The notes under the pieces are model-generated. The model had not been told where the DNA came from. It saw only the letters and a program-made list of their open reading frames with translations, and ran no database searches. A DNA stretch of 64,000 nt, from the NCBI GenBank assembly GCA_964016885.1, contig OZ024743.1:342178001-342242000 (forward strand), read 5' to 3'. Within the stretch, counting starts at the first letter, position 1, and every line of letters starts with the position of its first letter. Both the position numbers and the translations under genes were made by a program. Shown one piece after another: positions 27,783-41,331 of the stretch. Source of the DNA: Eledone cirrhosa (lineage: Eukaryota).

Positions 27783-27820
27783 GCCAACAATGTTTCGTCC
27801 TATTAAGGACTCATCAGGGC
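27783..27820 (-). ncRNA. Minimal type I hammerhead ribozyme, canonical core
   Basis: gcc-CUGAUGA-GUCC uuaaua GGAC-GAAA-CAUUG-UU-ggc, in sense orientation about 60 nt from the PLE 3' end. Confidence 0.88.
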
Positions 27821-29425
27821 AAGTAAAGCTACAAGAAGCACTATCGGCCAATACAAGCCAAAAACTCAGAAGAATATGGAGTATACATCTATTAAAGCTT
27901 AGGAAAGATATCAAGGAAAGGTTGGCTAAGATTAAGAGTGAGCAGTTACAAACATAGATATAGACCAAATAGCAAGGAAGTGATTAACATGCTGAACCCA
28001 CATTGCAAATATTGTATAATGCAAAAACTTGAAACACAAATGGTAATATAATGCGAGAATTACAGTACGATATAGAATGTAATATAATATAATAGATGGT
28101 GATAATAAAAAGCTTAATATATGTATATATATAAATATCTATACATATACACATTAGTACAAACACAAACTAACACTTATTAAGTATTTAAATATATATA
28201 TATATATTGTTTACAGTATAATATAATAAAGATAAAAATAAGAATAAAGATAAAAATAAAAATAAAATAATATATAATTCCCTGTCAGTGTGCATAAACA
28301 ATATAGAAACATTATAATAACAATATTATAATATATTGACATCAAAAGATATACAAAATTACATCATACATATAATTCAAGGTTAACAAATAGTATAAAG
28401 TTTTACACAGAGTAAGAAAAAATCATATAGAACTAAATTGTGTTGAAAAAATATCTATATCATTGTAACAAATACACGGAGGTCAAGTCATTTTACATTG
28501 GCATAAATATTACCAAAATATCACAAAATATTACAAAATATAACAGAACAGTACCTCAAATAACAGACATATATTAAAATCTATAATACGATTACATAAA
28601 AATGATATGATATAACAACGTTAATATCAAATAGCAAGCAGAGTGTAAGGAAATGCTTAATATATATATTTACGTGGTTGACATACACAGACATATATTA
28701 ATGAAATTACATGATCAGACAGACAGCGTGTGGTAGTAAAAAAAATAAATTAAATAAACAGGAGATCGAAAAACAAAAACAAGTATATTTACTTAGGTGT
28801 CACAAGCGGTTACGTAAAAGAAAAAAAGATAGAAATGTAAGCCGGAGAGTTGACTAGAAAACCTTTTTAAATTAATTAATATTAAAAGTATTTAAAATAC
28901 ATATTTAGTCACTTCAAAATTGGCTAGTGTTTAAGTCATCAAAATCGTATAAGTTTAAGATATCTCAATAAAATTATCTAGAATAGAGTAAAATATGCTC
29001 CGTTCAGTCGAATAACGTTATCAAATAAAAGGACTCTAAATAGAACTATGGTAGACCAATGGGAAAAGAAAGAAGAGAGGTTATGGAGGATAGGAAGGAG
29101 CATAAAAGTAAAATCAATATATTATATAATATCATAAAAAGGAGCATAAAGGTGAAATTTATATATAGTATAATAGAAGGGGCGGATATTAAGTGTGTAG
29201 AGGAGGAGGTTCATTAGTTGAATGAGACTCCAAACAAAGTATTTAATAAGATATAAACTCATAAGGTGTTAGTAGTGAAACTATAATAATGCTTAAGAAG
29301 ATAGATAGGGTATGGTATCCAAAAGACTATGGAAACTAAAATCGAAAAGCTGTAAAAAACTAATAATAATAATGATGATGGTAATCAAAATGAACCTAAA
29401 CAAAAAAGATAAAGAAATATAGCAG

Positions 29426-31600
29426 CTAATGGATACGATTTAAACTACCAGAGCTTTTAGGTCTATAATAGAAGAAAGAATTAGAAATCGCATGGGGGCA
29501 GGAAGAAAATATCTCAGACTTTCTATTAAGCAAAACTTCCCTAGAGAAAATTATAGAGTGGGTCTCTAGGATACAGAGATTACATAATTTAGTGTGTATT
29601 GATAGGTTATTAGAGCGTGCCACTATACGCCAATTAAGGCTATATGGCATACCAGCCACTTTAAGATCCCAGATATGGTGTGCTAAAGAAGTAGACTTCT
29701 TAAACTTAACATGCTTAAAATTAGAGATATGAGAATTAAACCTATTTTAAAAGTATTAGATGTGGAGCCTATATATGTGATATTAGAAGAATTAGTCTTA
29801 ACTTCACAAGCATAAACAATGTTCCTAGAGAGGCAGTGACCATTTAAAGGGCAGTTAATACTTACTCTACAGTTACACTTCCGGGTGCTATTGACCGGCT
29901 GAATGAGTGATGCATCACTCCTAGGGTTATTATAAGATAAGGTCTGCTCAGGTGGTAAGGCATTAATGGATCTATCAAGACTAGTAGTACGCAAAGAGGA
30001 GTAGCTGTCCCTAATTTTCCTATTGTTAGTGCTAGCTAAATGAGAACTAATATTAGGGGTGGTAGAGAATGATAGTTTAATTACATTTTTATTAAAAATA
30101 CCATGGTATTTATTAGAAGGAGGGAAATTTTTCTCTAAGATAGAAAAGAAAGACCTAGGGATGTTAGTTAATACTTCATGATCATAAGGCGGGTTAAAAT
30201 AAGTATTGAGTCTCCTCCTATTTCTATCCTTACCAACTCTACCGTTATCCAGTATCCCACTAATAGGATCAGGGTTACTACGAGGACTAGTTGAAACAAC
30301 ATTATTAGAAGCAGCCAAAACCCTATTGAGCCTCCTTCTGTTTCTACCTTTAGTATATCTACTGTTATCTGGAATCATATCAATAGGATTAGGGTTACTA
30401 CCAGGATCAGTTGAAACAACACTATTAGAATTAGTAAAAACATTACCACTGGGTGAGCGATCAGAGTGCCTAACTTGTTCCCTAGAACTAATCCCGAAAA
30501 GTGTACCATTAGACACACTATTACGATTACGGTAGCTTAACCTATGGATGGGTTCGGATACACCAATGGGATTTCTACGATTCTTATGCTTTCTACTCCC
30601 ATTTATGGCCATATTATGGGATATTATGTTATTATTATTATGGGTAAACGGAGACTTTCTAAGGTTGTTCTCATTATAACGTATTTTACCAGAGTAACGA
30701 GAGTTAGCTAGGGCATTATTATAGTACTCCGCATGTGAATTAAATATTCCTATATCCTTAGAGAGTGTGGAAATTCTATTAGATACACCGTTAATTATAG
30801 GGCTAATCATAGATTTGGGGTGGTTAGAATTGGGATTAACATAAGAGAGTATCTCATTTGGCTTATGGAAGGGTTTATAACTATTAGTGACCAAGTCCAA
30901 AGTCACATCTAAAAAGTTGACCGCTCTATCATTTCTATCAATCGTGATCGAAAGGTTAAAATTTTAAAAAAATGTATAAAGTTTCTTCCTATTATGCACA
31001 ATGTTATTGGTGCTAGAGTTTATCACAAACAATGGATCGTCACGATAAAGTCCGCCTTTAAGGTGCGGAAAGGTAACATACAGTTCATTAAGGAGGAACA
31101 GCCCAACAAGATCAGTTACCTGGGCTGAATCACTCGAACCCAGTGAGTGTAACGTCGAAGTTGTTGGGTGTGTTTTTACGCGTCCAGAGTGTATCCTCAA
31201 ATTTGATGATAGTCCTACGGGCTGCTAGTATAACATCAATCTGCGGTCGTGTAAGGCTAGACACTCGCATGGCCATAATTAAGGCTTTATTAAGGAGGAT
31301 AGGTGAAATCGACGTGTAATAGGCATCAATATCAAACTGGATAAACCTACTAGACTAAAGTTTATTAATACCAGAGAACCAATCTATAACATCCTTAGTG
31401 TTCCCCCATAGATTAAAATGAACCTTTTCCCTAACGGCTGGTATAATCAGGTCAAGGATTTTCTTACTAATTATAGCTATATCAGACTTAGAAGGACTAA
31501 TGAGTCTAACAGAAGGATTACTAATGAAGTCTACCTTATGATCCTTAAGAGTGAATCTCGGTTCCCTAGGGTAATATGGCTGGGTATACTTATAATTCTT
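29426..31600 (-). pseudogene. Frameshifted RT plus GIY-YIG ORF of the Nematis-like PLE
   Basis: ORF pieces 30964-31200, 29683-30906 and 29426-29659 join into one protein across frameshifts. Confidence 0.9.
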
Positions 31601-31696
31601 CGGCTCTGTTTAATTACATTGAGCTATATATTATACTGTCATTTCTATAATATGAAGAGGGTGTTTAACTCCAACACACTCTAGTATTTTAATTCT

Positions 31697-31880
<184 letters not shown>

Positions 31881-31974
31881 CAGAAGGGATATTCAATTTG
31901 TTGGTAATTCAACAAATATAAATGTTTATAACTCATTCAGAGCACTCGACAGGTTTTCTGGAGTATAATATCCA

Positions 31975-32310
31975 ATAATATTAAATAAATGGAAACTATA
32001 TTTATAAAACCATATTTATTCTATTATATATATTCCAAGGGTACCAAAAACGTTCGTACGCTTTCATCAGATAAAATACAAAGTGTGTTTTATAAATTTT
32101 GACATAGCCAAGAAACATACCTTAACGGTTGAAATTTTATCCAAGGAAAATTTCAACCGTTAAAGTATGTTCCTTGGCTATGTCAAAATGTATAAAACAC
32201 ACTTTGTATTTTATCTGATGAAAGTGTATCAAAGTTTTTGGTACCCTTGAAATATATATAATAGAATAAATATGGTTTTATAAATATAGTGACCATTTAT
32301 TTAATATCAT

Positions 32311-32312
<2 letters not shown>
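31975..32312. mobile_element. Fold-back element between (TA)n tracts
   Basis: About 160 bp arms with apex at about 32142. A CTGATGA is present but there is no complete HHR. Confidence 0.8.
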
Positions 32313-32347
<35 letters not shown>

Positions 32348-32399
32348 TATTTATAGTTATGTATATACTATAAACAACTATAAACAGGAAAGGTGAGTA

Positions 32400-34430
32400 A
32401 TTTCCTATTACCTTATTGCCAGTAAGAGAAATAACTCAATGTAAGAACATCAGTCGTTTTACCGAGCAGGAAAATAAATAAATTAGACAATTATGAAAGT
32501 TGTGTTCAAATCATTTAATAGCTGAGAATCGTTTCTTCCAAACTCTCGTTTGGAATGATCGGAGCATTATCCATGTTTGTACATATAATTAACCTCCTAT
32601 CCAACTGAACAATAATATAGATACATATATATTGATGTTGTGAGCAACAGCTTCGCATTTACCGGGTGGAATGGATGTGCCATATATTTTACGAGAATTG
32701 TACAATAATCGTACAAAAATTCAAATTCAAATTAAAGGCAGAGAGTGGAATACACGCAACAGATAAAACAAGAGAATAGTCCAATAATTAAAGAGGCATT
32801 GAGAAATGTGTTTTGAGAAAGGAAGAGTACATTAACAATACATATGCAGGCGTGCGGAGAGTACAACTGCGTTAGTAATATATATGAGAAGGAAACAAGC
32901 AAAGTTATTATGCATATATAGATAAGTAAATACTGCACTTTAAGCAAATATATTAATGTATTAAAATCTATGGTGGATATAGTATGTTGATAGTGTTTGA
33001 ATTAGTGTGTTAAGAAACAAAGTTTTTGCAGTCTTTTCCATTACATATGTTGAATTAAATTTAGTTAATGTTTATATTGAATGTTTTAAGTTAGTTAGAG
33101 CAATGGATTGTAAATTAGGCTTAGTGTATTCATATTCATGGACTAAAGTTCATCAACCGGTAAATTTTCCAATCGTTAATTTCCGGAAGTGAATAAGGGG
33201 AGCTAATGCGTAAGGGGAGATAACTAGCTAATTAAATTCAATTCAGTTATTTAAATTCTTTGCTCTAATACACATTATAATGTGATACCATTGGATCTCT
33301 ATTACACCATGTTATATATTTATACTTGATCTTAAATACAGTGTATTTTACTGTCATACATTAAAGGTCTCTTTAGATTGTTATCTATTCATTACTGGAC
33401 AAGGTATATGTTATGAAGAATTGTATAGCTGTTAATATTTCCAAATAGATATATCATATGTGTAATAATATACATTATTGTTTTAAAAGTTGATCCCAAA
33501 TATACAATACTATTACATTTTATATTTAATTATAGTAGTATATATACTTTAGTATTATTATTATGTGTTAAAGGTAGATAAACTATATACATGTTATTCA
33601 TTTAAATATTTAATTATATAATTATACATGTATATTTAGTTTATTATCACATATTACATTAAATGTCTCTACATACTAAATATCCATTACTGTATATAAT
33701 ATAATTAATCTATTGTAGTTATATCACAAGGTGGTAACTTTATGCTTAATTCTAACTGTCATTGCTGAGCATAAGGATAGAGATAAATAGGAGTTGTGTA
33801 GAGGAAAGAGTCGATCAAAGAGTGTGTGCTTGAGGGTGCTGATAAGTCCTAGATGTAAAGTGTTAAAGGTGGTGGGGAATTCAAATCTGACATTGTTGTA
33901 TACTAACAGCTAGGTTTAAAATTATGGAACGAGTGCCGGTATCTGTGTTGGCACGAGGAGACTGCCTCTGACTTTCTATTAAGGAGGTCTAGTTTCGAAA
34001 AGATTATAGTATGGATCTCTAGAAGACAGAGATTACACAATTTATTCGGTGGTTTATACGATGAGGCCCTACCTACTACTTCCCATTGCAGTGTAAATGG
34101 TCTATTCCTAGTTTTCAGAAAGTGTACGTAGCTAGATAAAGAAGTGGAGCCGGCTACATTGTGTTTTTTGAAAGAGTGGAGGTGCGAGTTGTATCTCGTC
34201 TTGAAGCTGTTCGAAGTAGAGCCTATATTTATTTTAGAAGAGTTGTAAATACGAAACTGTTGCTCATAACATCATTATATATGTATCTATATTATTGTTC
34301 AGTTGGATAGGAGGTTAATTATATGTACAAATATTGATAATGCTCCGATGAAACCAAACGCGAGTTTGGAGGAAACGATTGTCCGCTATTAAATTATTTG
34401 AACACAACTTTTAACTGTCTAATTTATAAT
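32400..34430 (-). mobile_element. 5'-truncated Nematis-like PLE (GIY-YIG C-terminal part, long 3'UTR, inverted pLTRs with decayed HHR)
   Basis: 33910-34235 minus encodes IGSTSNSFKTRYNSH...CNLCLLE...LLNRKSE. Arms 32481-32650 and 34257-34424. HHR-like gct-CCGATGA-..ccaaac gcga gtttgg..-GAAA-CGATTG-TC at 34342-34386. Confidence 0.85.
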
Positions 34431-34434
34431 ATAT

Positions 34435-35488
34435 ATATATATATGAATGTATATATAGTGTATTATGCAATACACTGTATGCTTAATTAAAAGCATTTCG
34501 AAGACCTTACGCTATTGTTTTAGAGTAGTGACAGTCTCATTTACTTTAAGTTTTCAGCAAACATGAGAGATAAAGCTGACAGAGCTCTGTTTCGTACTGA
34601 TTGGTACTTATCAAAGCCAAGTACTCCACCTGTTTGCTGAAAATCGTGAATGTTTGATTCTTATAGAATTCTAGTAATAATCAGGAACTGATTATACAGA
34701 GGGGTTGCCGGTCAAGCTGAAATTAAAAATTAGAATTGGTGCTCTGAAATAGCGATATATATATATGAATGTATATATAGTGTATTTTGCAATACACTGT
34801 ATGCTTCATTAAAAGCATTTCGAAGACCTTACGCTATTGTTTTAGAGTAGTGACAGTCTCACTTATTTTAAATTTTCAGCAAACAGGATAGATAAAGCTG
34901 ACAGAGCTCTGTTTCGTACTGATTGGCTTTGATAAGTACTGATTGGCTTTGATAAGTACCAATACGTACGAAACAGTGCTCTGTCAGCTTTATCTCCCCT
35001 GTTTGCTGAAAATTGAATGTAAGTCAGACAGTCACCACTGTAAAATAATAGCGTAAGGTCTTCGAAATGCTTTTAATTAAGCATACAGTGTATTGCAAAA
35101 TACACTGTATATACATTCATATATATATATCGCTATTTCAGAGCACCAATTCTACTTTTCAATTTCTGCTTGACGGGCAACCGCTCTGTATAATCAGTTC
35201 CTGATTATTACTAGAATTCTATAAGAATCAAACATTCATGATTTTCAGCAAACAGGTGGAGTACTTGGCTTTGATAAGCACCAATCAGTACGAAACAGAG
35301 TTCTGTCAGCTTTATCTCCCCTGTTTGCTGAAAAATTAAAGTAAGTGAGACTGTCACTACTCTAAAACAATAGCGTAAGGTCTTCGAAATGCTTTTAATT
35401 AAGCATACAGTGTATTGCAAAATACACTATATATATACATTCATATATATATCGCTATTTCAGAGCACCAATTCTAAATTTTTTAATA
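34435..35488. mobile_element. Non-coding 322-nt monomer, in tandem on both sides of an inversion (retrozyme-like)
   Basis: 'gaatgtatatatagtg' occurs at 34445 and 34767 (period 322). About 1.5 monomers (-) are followed by about 1.7 monomers (+), with the inversion at about 34921-34945. Confidence 0.88.
34575..34617 (-). ncRNA. Type I hammerhead with U3-A8 core
   Basis: gcu-UUGAUAA-GUAC caauca GUAC-GAAA-CAGAGCUCUG-UC-agc. Further copies lie at about 34946-34988 (+) and 35268-35310 (+). Confidence 0.82.
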
Positions 35489-35661
35489 TATATATTTATA
35501 TATATATATATATATATATAGGGGGGAAGCTTTAAGTGAAACGTTTTATGAAAGCTACCTGTCGTGTCTATGTTCGAGTTTTCATCTCCTGCATATTTCC
35601 ATCACTCCTACGTCCATAATCAAAGATCCTAAATTTTTTTGTTTTACATATATACATATGT

Positions 35662-35756
<95 letters not shown>

Positions 35757-35759
<3 letters not shown>

Positions 35760-36012
35760 CTAAGGCGGGTAAAATTCCCGAGATCCATGGACGAGTTCTC
35801 TCCAGTGGTCTCTGTCCCTCATTATCGCTGACATATCCTGCATCTCCAACAGACCAGTGTCTGTCCTTAGGGCATCAACATATGTTAACCTTGGTCTTCC
35901 TCTTCTAGTGTGTCCATGTAGGGGCTCCCAAAGGAGCACTGAGTGCAATGTCAACTCTGGATGTCGGTGAGCATGTCCAGCCAACCTCAGTCTCCTCTGT
36001 GTCACTTTCGCA
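35757..36012 (-). mobile_element. RTE-type LINE 3' end
   Basis: RRLRLAGHAHRH...LLWEP.HG..RRGRPRLTYVD...MRDRDHWRELV. Confidence 0.85.
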
Positions 36013-36074
36013 TGCATATATATATATATATGCATGCATATAAACTATGTGTTTTCCTGTGATGCACGTCCGTC

Positions 36075-36350
36075 TGAAATGAATGGTAGTGTTTTAGTTG
36101 TTTGATTGTAATTCGATTCCTGGCCTTGCGACGTGTCTTTGTGCAAGACATTTTATGTCACGTTGGTACAGTTTACTAAGCTGGAAAGATAGATTTTAAC
36201 TGTAATTCCAAGAGACAGCTTTGTCACGTATTGTATCACGCAGAATCTCCCTGAAAACTATATCATGGTTGTTCATGTTTGTGGAATACTCAACCACTTA
36301 CTAATTAATTTCACAAGCAGGTTGTTCTGTTTTCTGAACTACTGGAACAC
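36075..36350 (+). mobile_element. Degenerate SINE
   Basis: B-box-like ttcgattcc followed by the gtgtctttgtgcaagacattt core. Confidence 0.4.
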
Positions 36351-36399
36351 TCGACTCAACATACAAACATGCATAAATACAAACCTATTTGTCGTTATC

Positions 36400-36895
36400 C
36401 AAAAATCAAAATTGCTATGAAATTAAAACACAACCGACCTAATATTGCTATTTGAGAACTAAGATTAGAAGCATGATTCTCTGTCGTAGAAGTCAGCTGG
36501 CCACTCGGCAGTACGGAAGAGAAAAGAGACAGGTGGTATCGATGGGCTATTGATGAGATATTTCCAGATCCAGTACCCCAAATTCACTTTCAGTTTCTTG
36601 CCTGTTGTTATTTGAGTTACAGGATATATACCAACCCGCTTGGACCAAAGTTTAAGTGAATCTGGATTCGTGGAGAAGGAATGCAGCTCCTAAACTCATC
36701 ACTTACAAATGGCACAATAGCTGGCAACTTCAAAACTCTTTTAAATATTCTTGAAACCCAAGAATGACTGCACAGTGCACGAAGGAAGTTTTCTTTTCTT
36801 TACAACTTTGCCACCAGGAAGATTTCCGGTTAAAAACAATTTTGAAATTAAGAAGGAGACATACATACATACATACATACATACATACATACATA
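36400..36895 (+). mobile_element. Degenerate R4/Dong-like LINE 3' end with (CATA)n tail
   Basis: LKHNRPNI..., SVVEVSWPL. The 3'UTR matches 46510-46590 reversed, and (CATA)n follows. Confidence 0.8.
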
Positions 36896-37481
36896 CTTAT
36901 ATATGTGCGTATGTCTGTTTATGTGTGCATGTATGCAATTTCAAGAGGAATTTGATCTAAAGTAAATATATTAATTTTACGAGTGTGAATCTCACTGTAG
37001 TGAATATTATTGAATCCAGACCAGACTCAATATGGGCATTTAATTATAAGTAAGGCAAGATGGCCCAGGGGAATGTAATAGATGTCGGAAATCGATCGAA
37101 AGCGTTTCTGCTAGCATTTGTTCGGTTAATTAGCCAGTCACATATGCCGTTAATTACGAGTATTCAGCAATAAATTATAGAACCTCATTGTTTAGCTAAA
37201 TTACATGTCTGGATGCCGATAAGGTTATTTTGCAAGGCATTTAATTAAGAAACGGAGTGTATGAATGAATGTAAGCTGTTGTTCTTTAGCCCCAGGTCAC
37301 TTCAGATAGAGCAGATTTATGGTAGAAGGTATTCCAGCTGTGAACATGACATCAACTTCTTATGGACAGGTAACTTAGAAATAATTCATAAAATGCGTCC
37401 ATATATGTGACAGTAAGGTGGAGTTTGACTGCTGCGCCTAGTAAGTCAAGTAACCACATAGACTCATCTCATTGATATGTA

Positions 37482-37542
<61 letters not shown>

Positions 37543-37914
37543 GGGGGGGGGTTGTGCCTTTGAATGTGTGTGCGAGTGTGACACACATTCTTGGATGAAA
37601 GAGGATGGCACAGATAATGCTGTGCTACATACGCCTACACATCGAACAACCACTACTGGAGAGTATTTGATGTTATAACTGCCCTGTGTTGCAGCCTCGC
37701 CTATATAGATCAATTCATAACAGCATGTTGACAGCAGCTCACACAATCCCACTAATGTGGTGGCTAGCAGTCTGTTACATGAAGTGCGATTCTCGCTAAT
37801 GACTACCAAATCCAGATCAAATAATGCGAGGTGTTTGAGGAAACTACTATTTCAAGATTTCACGCTAAATCATGAATATTGAAACATTCAATATTCAATA
37901 GTATTACTGTTACA

Positions 37915-38105
37915 AGGTGGATTGATAGTATCGGTAGAGGCTCGGACGCCATGCTTTGCAGCGAAGAGTTACAGCCCTTTATGGTCTGAGTTCAAATCCC
38001 GCCGAGGTTAACTTTGTCTTTCATCCTTACGGGGTCGATAAAATAACGTACCAGTAATACACTGGGATAATTGCTGTCCTTGTGTCAAAAGTAGAAACAA
38101 TTATT
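37915..38105 (+). mobile_element. tRNA-derived SINE
   Basis: Same family as 7820-8004, with an (ATT)n tail. Confidence 0.85.
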
Positions 38106-39762
38106 ATTGTTACAAGCGATGAGAAGTTATTGGAATTATAGTTTACTTACCTGGAGTATATTCCTCACATCGTCGTCGTAATAAATTGATAGATTACGTT
38201 TTAAGGATTTCTCGAGTAAATTTTGTTTATTTCGTACAAAGTTAACACGGTGGAATATTCCTCGTGCTTTTTTTTTTTAGCTCGTGTGTCAGCTTCAACT
38301 TCTTGCAAAGCATTCTGTAACTGATGATCTATTGCCAAAGAGTAGCTATTCCGTGCAAATCCCAAACTTACCTTAGTGTAGTCAGTTCAATTAAGGAGAT
38401 GTCAATTGTGTGAAACCTCGCCTAGTCAAATGTGTCTAATCATAGGAATCCGATTTGATATGTCACATACTTCAAGCCACCTACTTCCTCTTCTGTTTTC
38501 TTATCGGAGTTCACTAGATTGCAATAATTTGGATCAGATTTGAGGATATCAATATCTTGATCGATTTTTTTAAACAAAAGTTTAGTGAGTTCGAGTTCGC
38601 TTCCCTTTATACAAAATAAACATTTATATAGTTTTCGTTACAACAGATCAAACCTCACCTGCAACATCTATGCCCATCGTCTCTCTTTCTTGCCCATTTC
38701 ATACATCTTACTCCATATTACCAAACAGAGGCTTGTGAGAGAGGATTGATTTCCATTTCATGTCGAGTAACCTCATAGAATTCCTATAAAAATCTATTGT
38801 TAGAAACCTAGCGAGCGATGAGGTGCAATTAGATCTCTCATGTCTGCCACTGATCTAATTTATGGCTGTTTTCTAACTGTTTCTCTTACTTTGCAAATGC
38901 TCGTCAAAATACGAATTATATTGACAGCACGCACTACTTTCAACTCCGTAAAGTTAATAGACTTTGAGCAGCCTTTTATTTTCAACTCAATATATGTAAT
39001 TGTAATGAATTCAATCAATTGCCAATAGGCACGTGATAATCGAGAGAATCTAATGCAACAGCAGCTAGCTTAAACAGGGTCAGAATCTCTTCAGATGATT
39101 TAAATAATAGGTCAATAATCAAATTATAAACTAATAGGTTTATTACAATAAGAGGAAGTTCTTCAAAACTGACATTGCAATTTAGGAATTGTAAAATTCA
39201 TATAGAAGAGCAGCTACAGTTTATGGTGGTAACCAAATACAAGGGTTGTTCCAATGATTTGGAGACCAACATAAGGATATGTCAACAAGAAATGAATATT
39301 TCATTTATTTGATTTTTGTTTCTTAGTAGCAAGTCCTCTGAGTCTTCTCTTTAACTGTGCTCAAACATATTAGTTATAAACCCATTGCTACTTGTGGCTT
39401 TCATATTTATAATTGTCTCTTGAAACTTCATCAGTGTCTCAGAAAACTTTTTATCTATACACAAACATAATGCATATAAATTCACTATTAACATTTTTTC
39501 ATGTGATGCCAATGCGCATCACAGGTAAAATATAAGGTCTAAATATTTATGTTGCTTTTGAAATTAGGCTTTGAGGCAAGATCCGTTGTTTTTACTGGAT
39601 TGACTTGTGCTTTCAAAACATGGATTAATTGATGTTGTTGAAGTTATCTTACTTGACTGCTGTTTATAGATATTAAAGAGCCTTCACTTTTAAGGTTTAC
39701 AGCGCACTAAATTAAATATGTGAGACAATACACACACACACACACACACGCACGCACGCACA

Positions 39763-39839
<77 letters not shown>

Positions 39840-39841
<2 letters not shown>

Positions 39842-40254
39842 CTTTTTTCCTTATACTTTCACTCGTGTAGGACACCTCGGTTTTTTTTTTCATTTTGTAA
39901 TAAACCTCAATTTCTAATATATATATATATATTAGAAAGTAAGGTTTTTTTACTAAATGAAAAAAAAAACGAGGTTTCCTACTCGAGTGAAACTATAAGG
40001 AAAAAAGATGAAATCGAAAATGCAATTGCAGTATTTTTTTTTTAAATATATTTATATGGTTCCTTTACCGGTTTCGGAGTTCTTGTGTTTTTCAAAACTA
40101 TAATTGAGATGGATGGTTTGTGGTTTTTCTCACACAAACAAAACACATTCTACTTTTGAAAAGCACACAAACTGCGAAACCGGTAAAGGAACCAAATAAA
40201 TATATTTAAAAAAAAAAGACTCCAGTTGTATTTTCGATTTCATCTTTTTTCCTC

Positions 40255-40258
<4 letters not shown>
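39840..40258. mobile_element. UUGAAAA-family pLTR pieces: terminal fragment plus fold-back copy
   Basis: Matches 57335-57722. Decayed HHRs lie at about 40062-40098 (-) and about 40153-40189 (+). Confidence 0.8.
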
Positions 40259-40313
<55 letters not shown>

Positions 40314-40463
40314 CACACAGTTGAAGAGTAACCAATCTTAAAGGGAGAGATGGAGATAGTAGAGGAGATATGAGAGGAGAGATTGGTGAGTTAGAAGAAT
40401 ATGTTGACAATCTTTTAATAATGTCTTCCTTGTGAAGTTTGTTGTCTTGTTTTGCTTAACTAA

Positions 40464-40520
<57 letters not shown>

Positions 40521-40523
40521 GTG

Positions 40524-40560
<37 letters not shown>

Positions 40561-41271
40561 AGATTTGAATGGATACAGTTTAGTTGAAAGGAATTTATTG
40601 ACACGTGTTTCTATAACAGTTACATAACCTAAAACAGCTATCTACAAACTTTTAGTTATGCAGACATTCAATATTTCAATGTTATTGTTTACTGTCATTT
40701 CATCAGAATAATATTACTGAGGACCTATTTAGTTTTTATAGAGAATATTAGGAGGAAGGGGTGAAGTTGTTAGAAGAATAGTTGAAGGAGTGGTTTTTCG
40801 ATAGCAGTGAGAATTCTTGGTGGCAGTGATTAATTAGATTCCCATCTGTTGTTTTGACATTTTTTATAGAATATATTATTGGTTATTTTTCTAAATCTAT
40901 AGAAGGATTAGAGATAGTAAAGATATGCGTGGTTGGTTTTGTGTTTGCACTTAACATTCAGACTTAAATTTTTCTTTCAAGTGTACGTATTCTTTCACCC
41001 ACGCATTCACACACAAATATATTTGCACACCTCTACAAAATACATATACTCACAATTCACATATTCATACTTACATATATATACACATGCATACACATAT
41101 ATATACACACATGTATTCATGTACATACATACGCGCTCATGTGTATACATTCAAATCTTTCTATTTTTCTCCGGATTACTTTTGGAACTACAACTGGAAC
41201 CGTCGAGCAAACTCTACGTGAGCTGATAATCTACTGTGTGTAATATTTATATTACAACACAACGGAAAAAA

Positions 41272-41331
<60 letters not shown>

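Larger units (their letters stand above)
27722..31625 (-). mobile_element. Nematis-like PLE, 5'-truncated, with about 1.7 kb 3'UTR ending at (TA)n
   Basis: TLKDHK..RLISPSKS, QFDIDAYY, GSSDSAQVTDLVG, LYRDD, NFLDVTLDL, FNPPY, CNCR...CPLNGHCL..NIVY...YIGST, CNLCILE, LLNRKSE. Confidence 0.93.

Noticed and set aside
32205-32250. CTGATGA in fold-back arms (also 7594-7600)
   Set aside because: No downstream GAAA/stem III/UH with a closing stem I.
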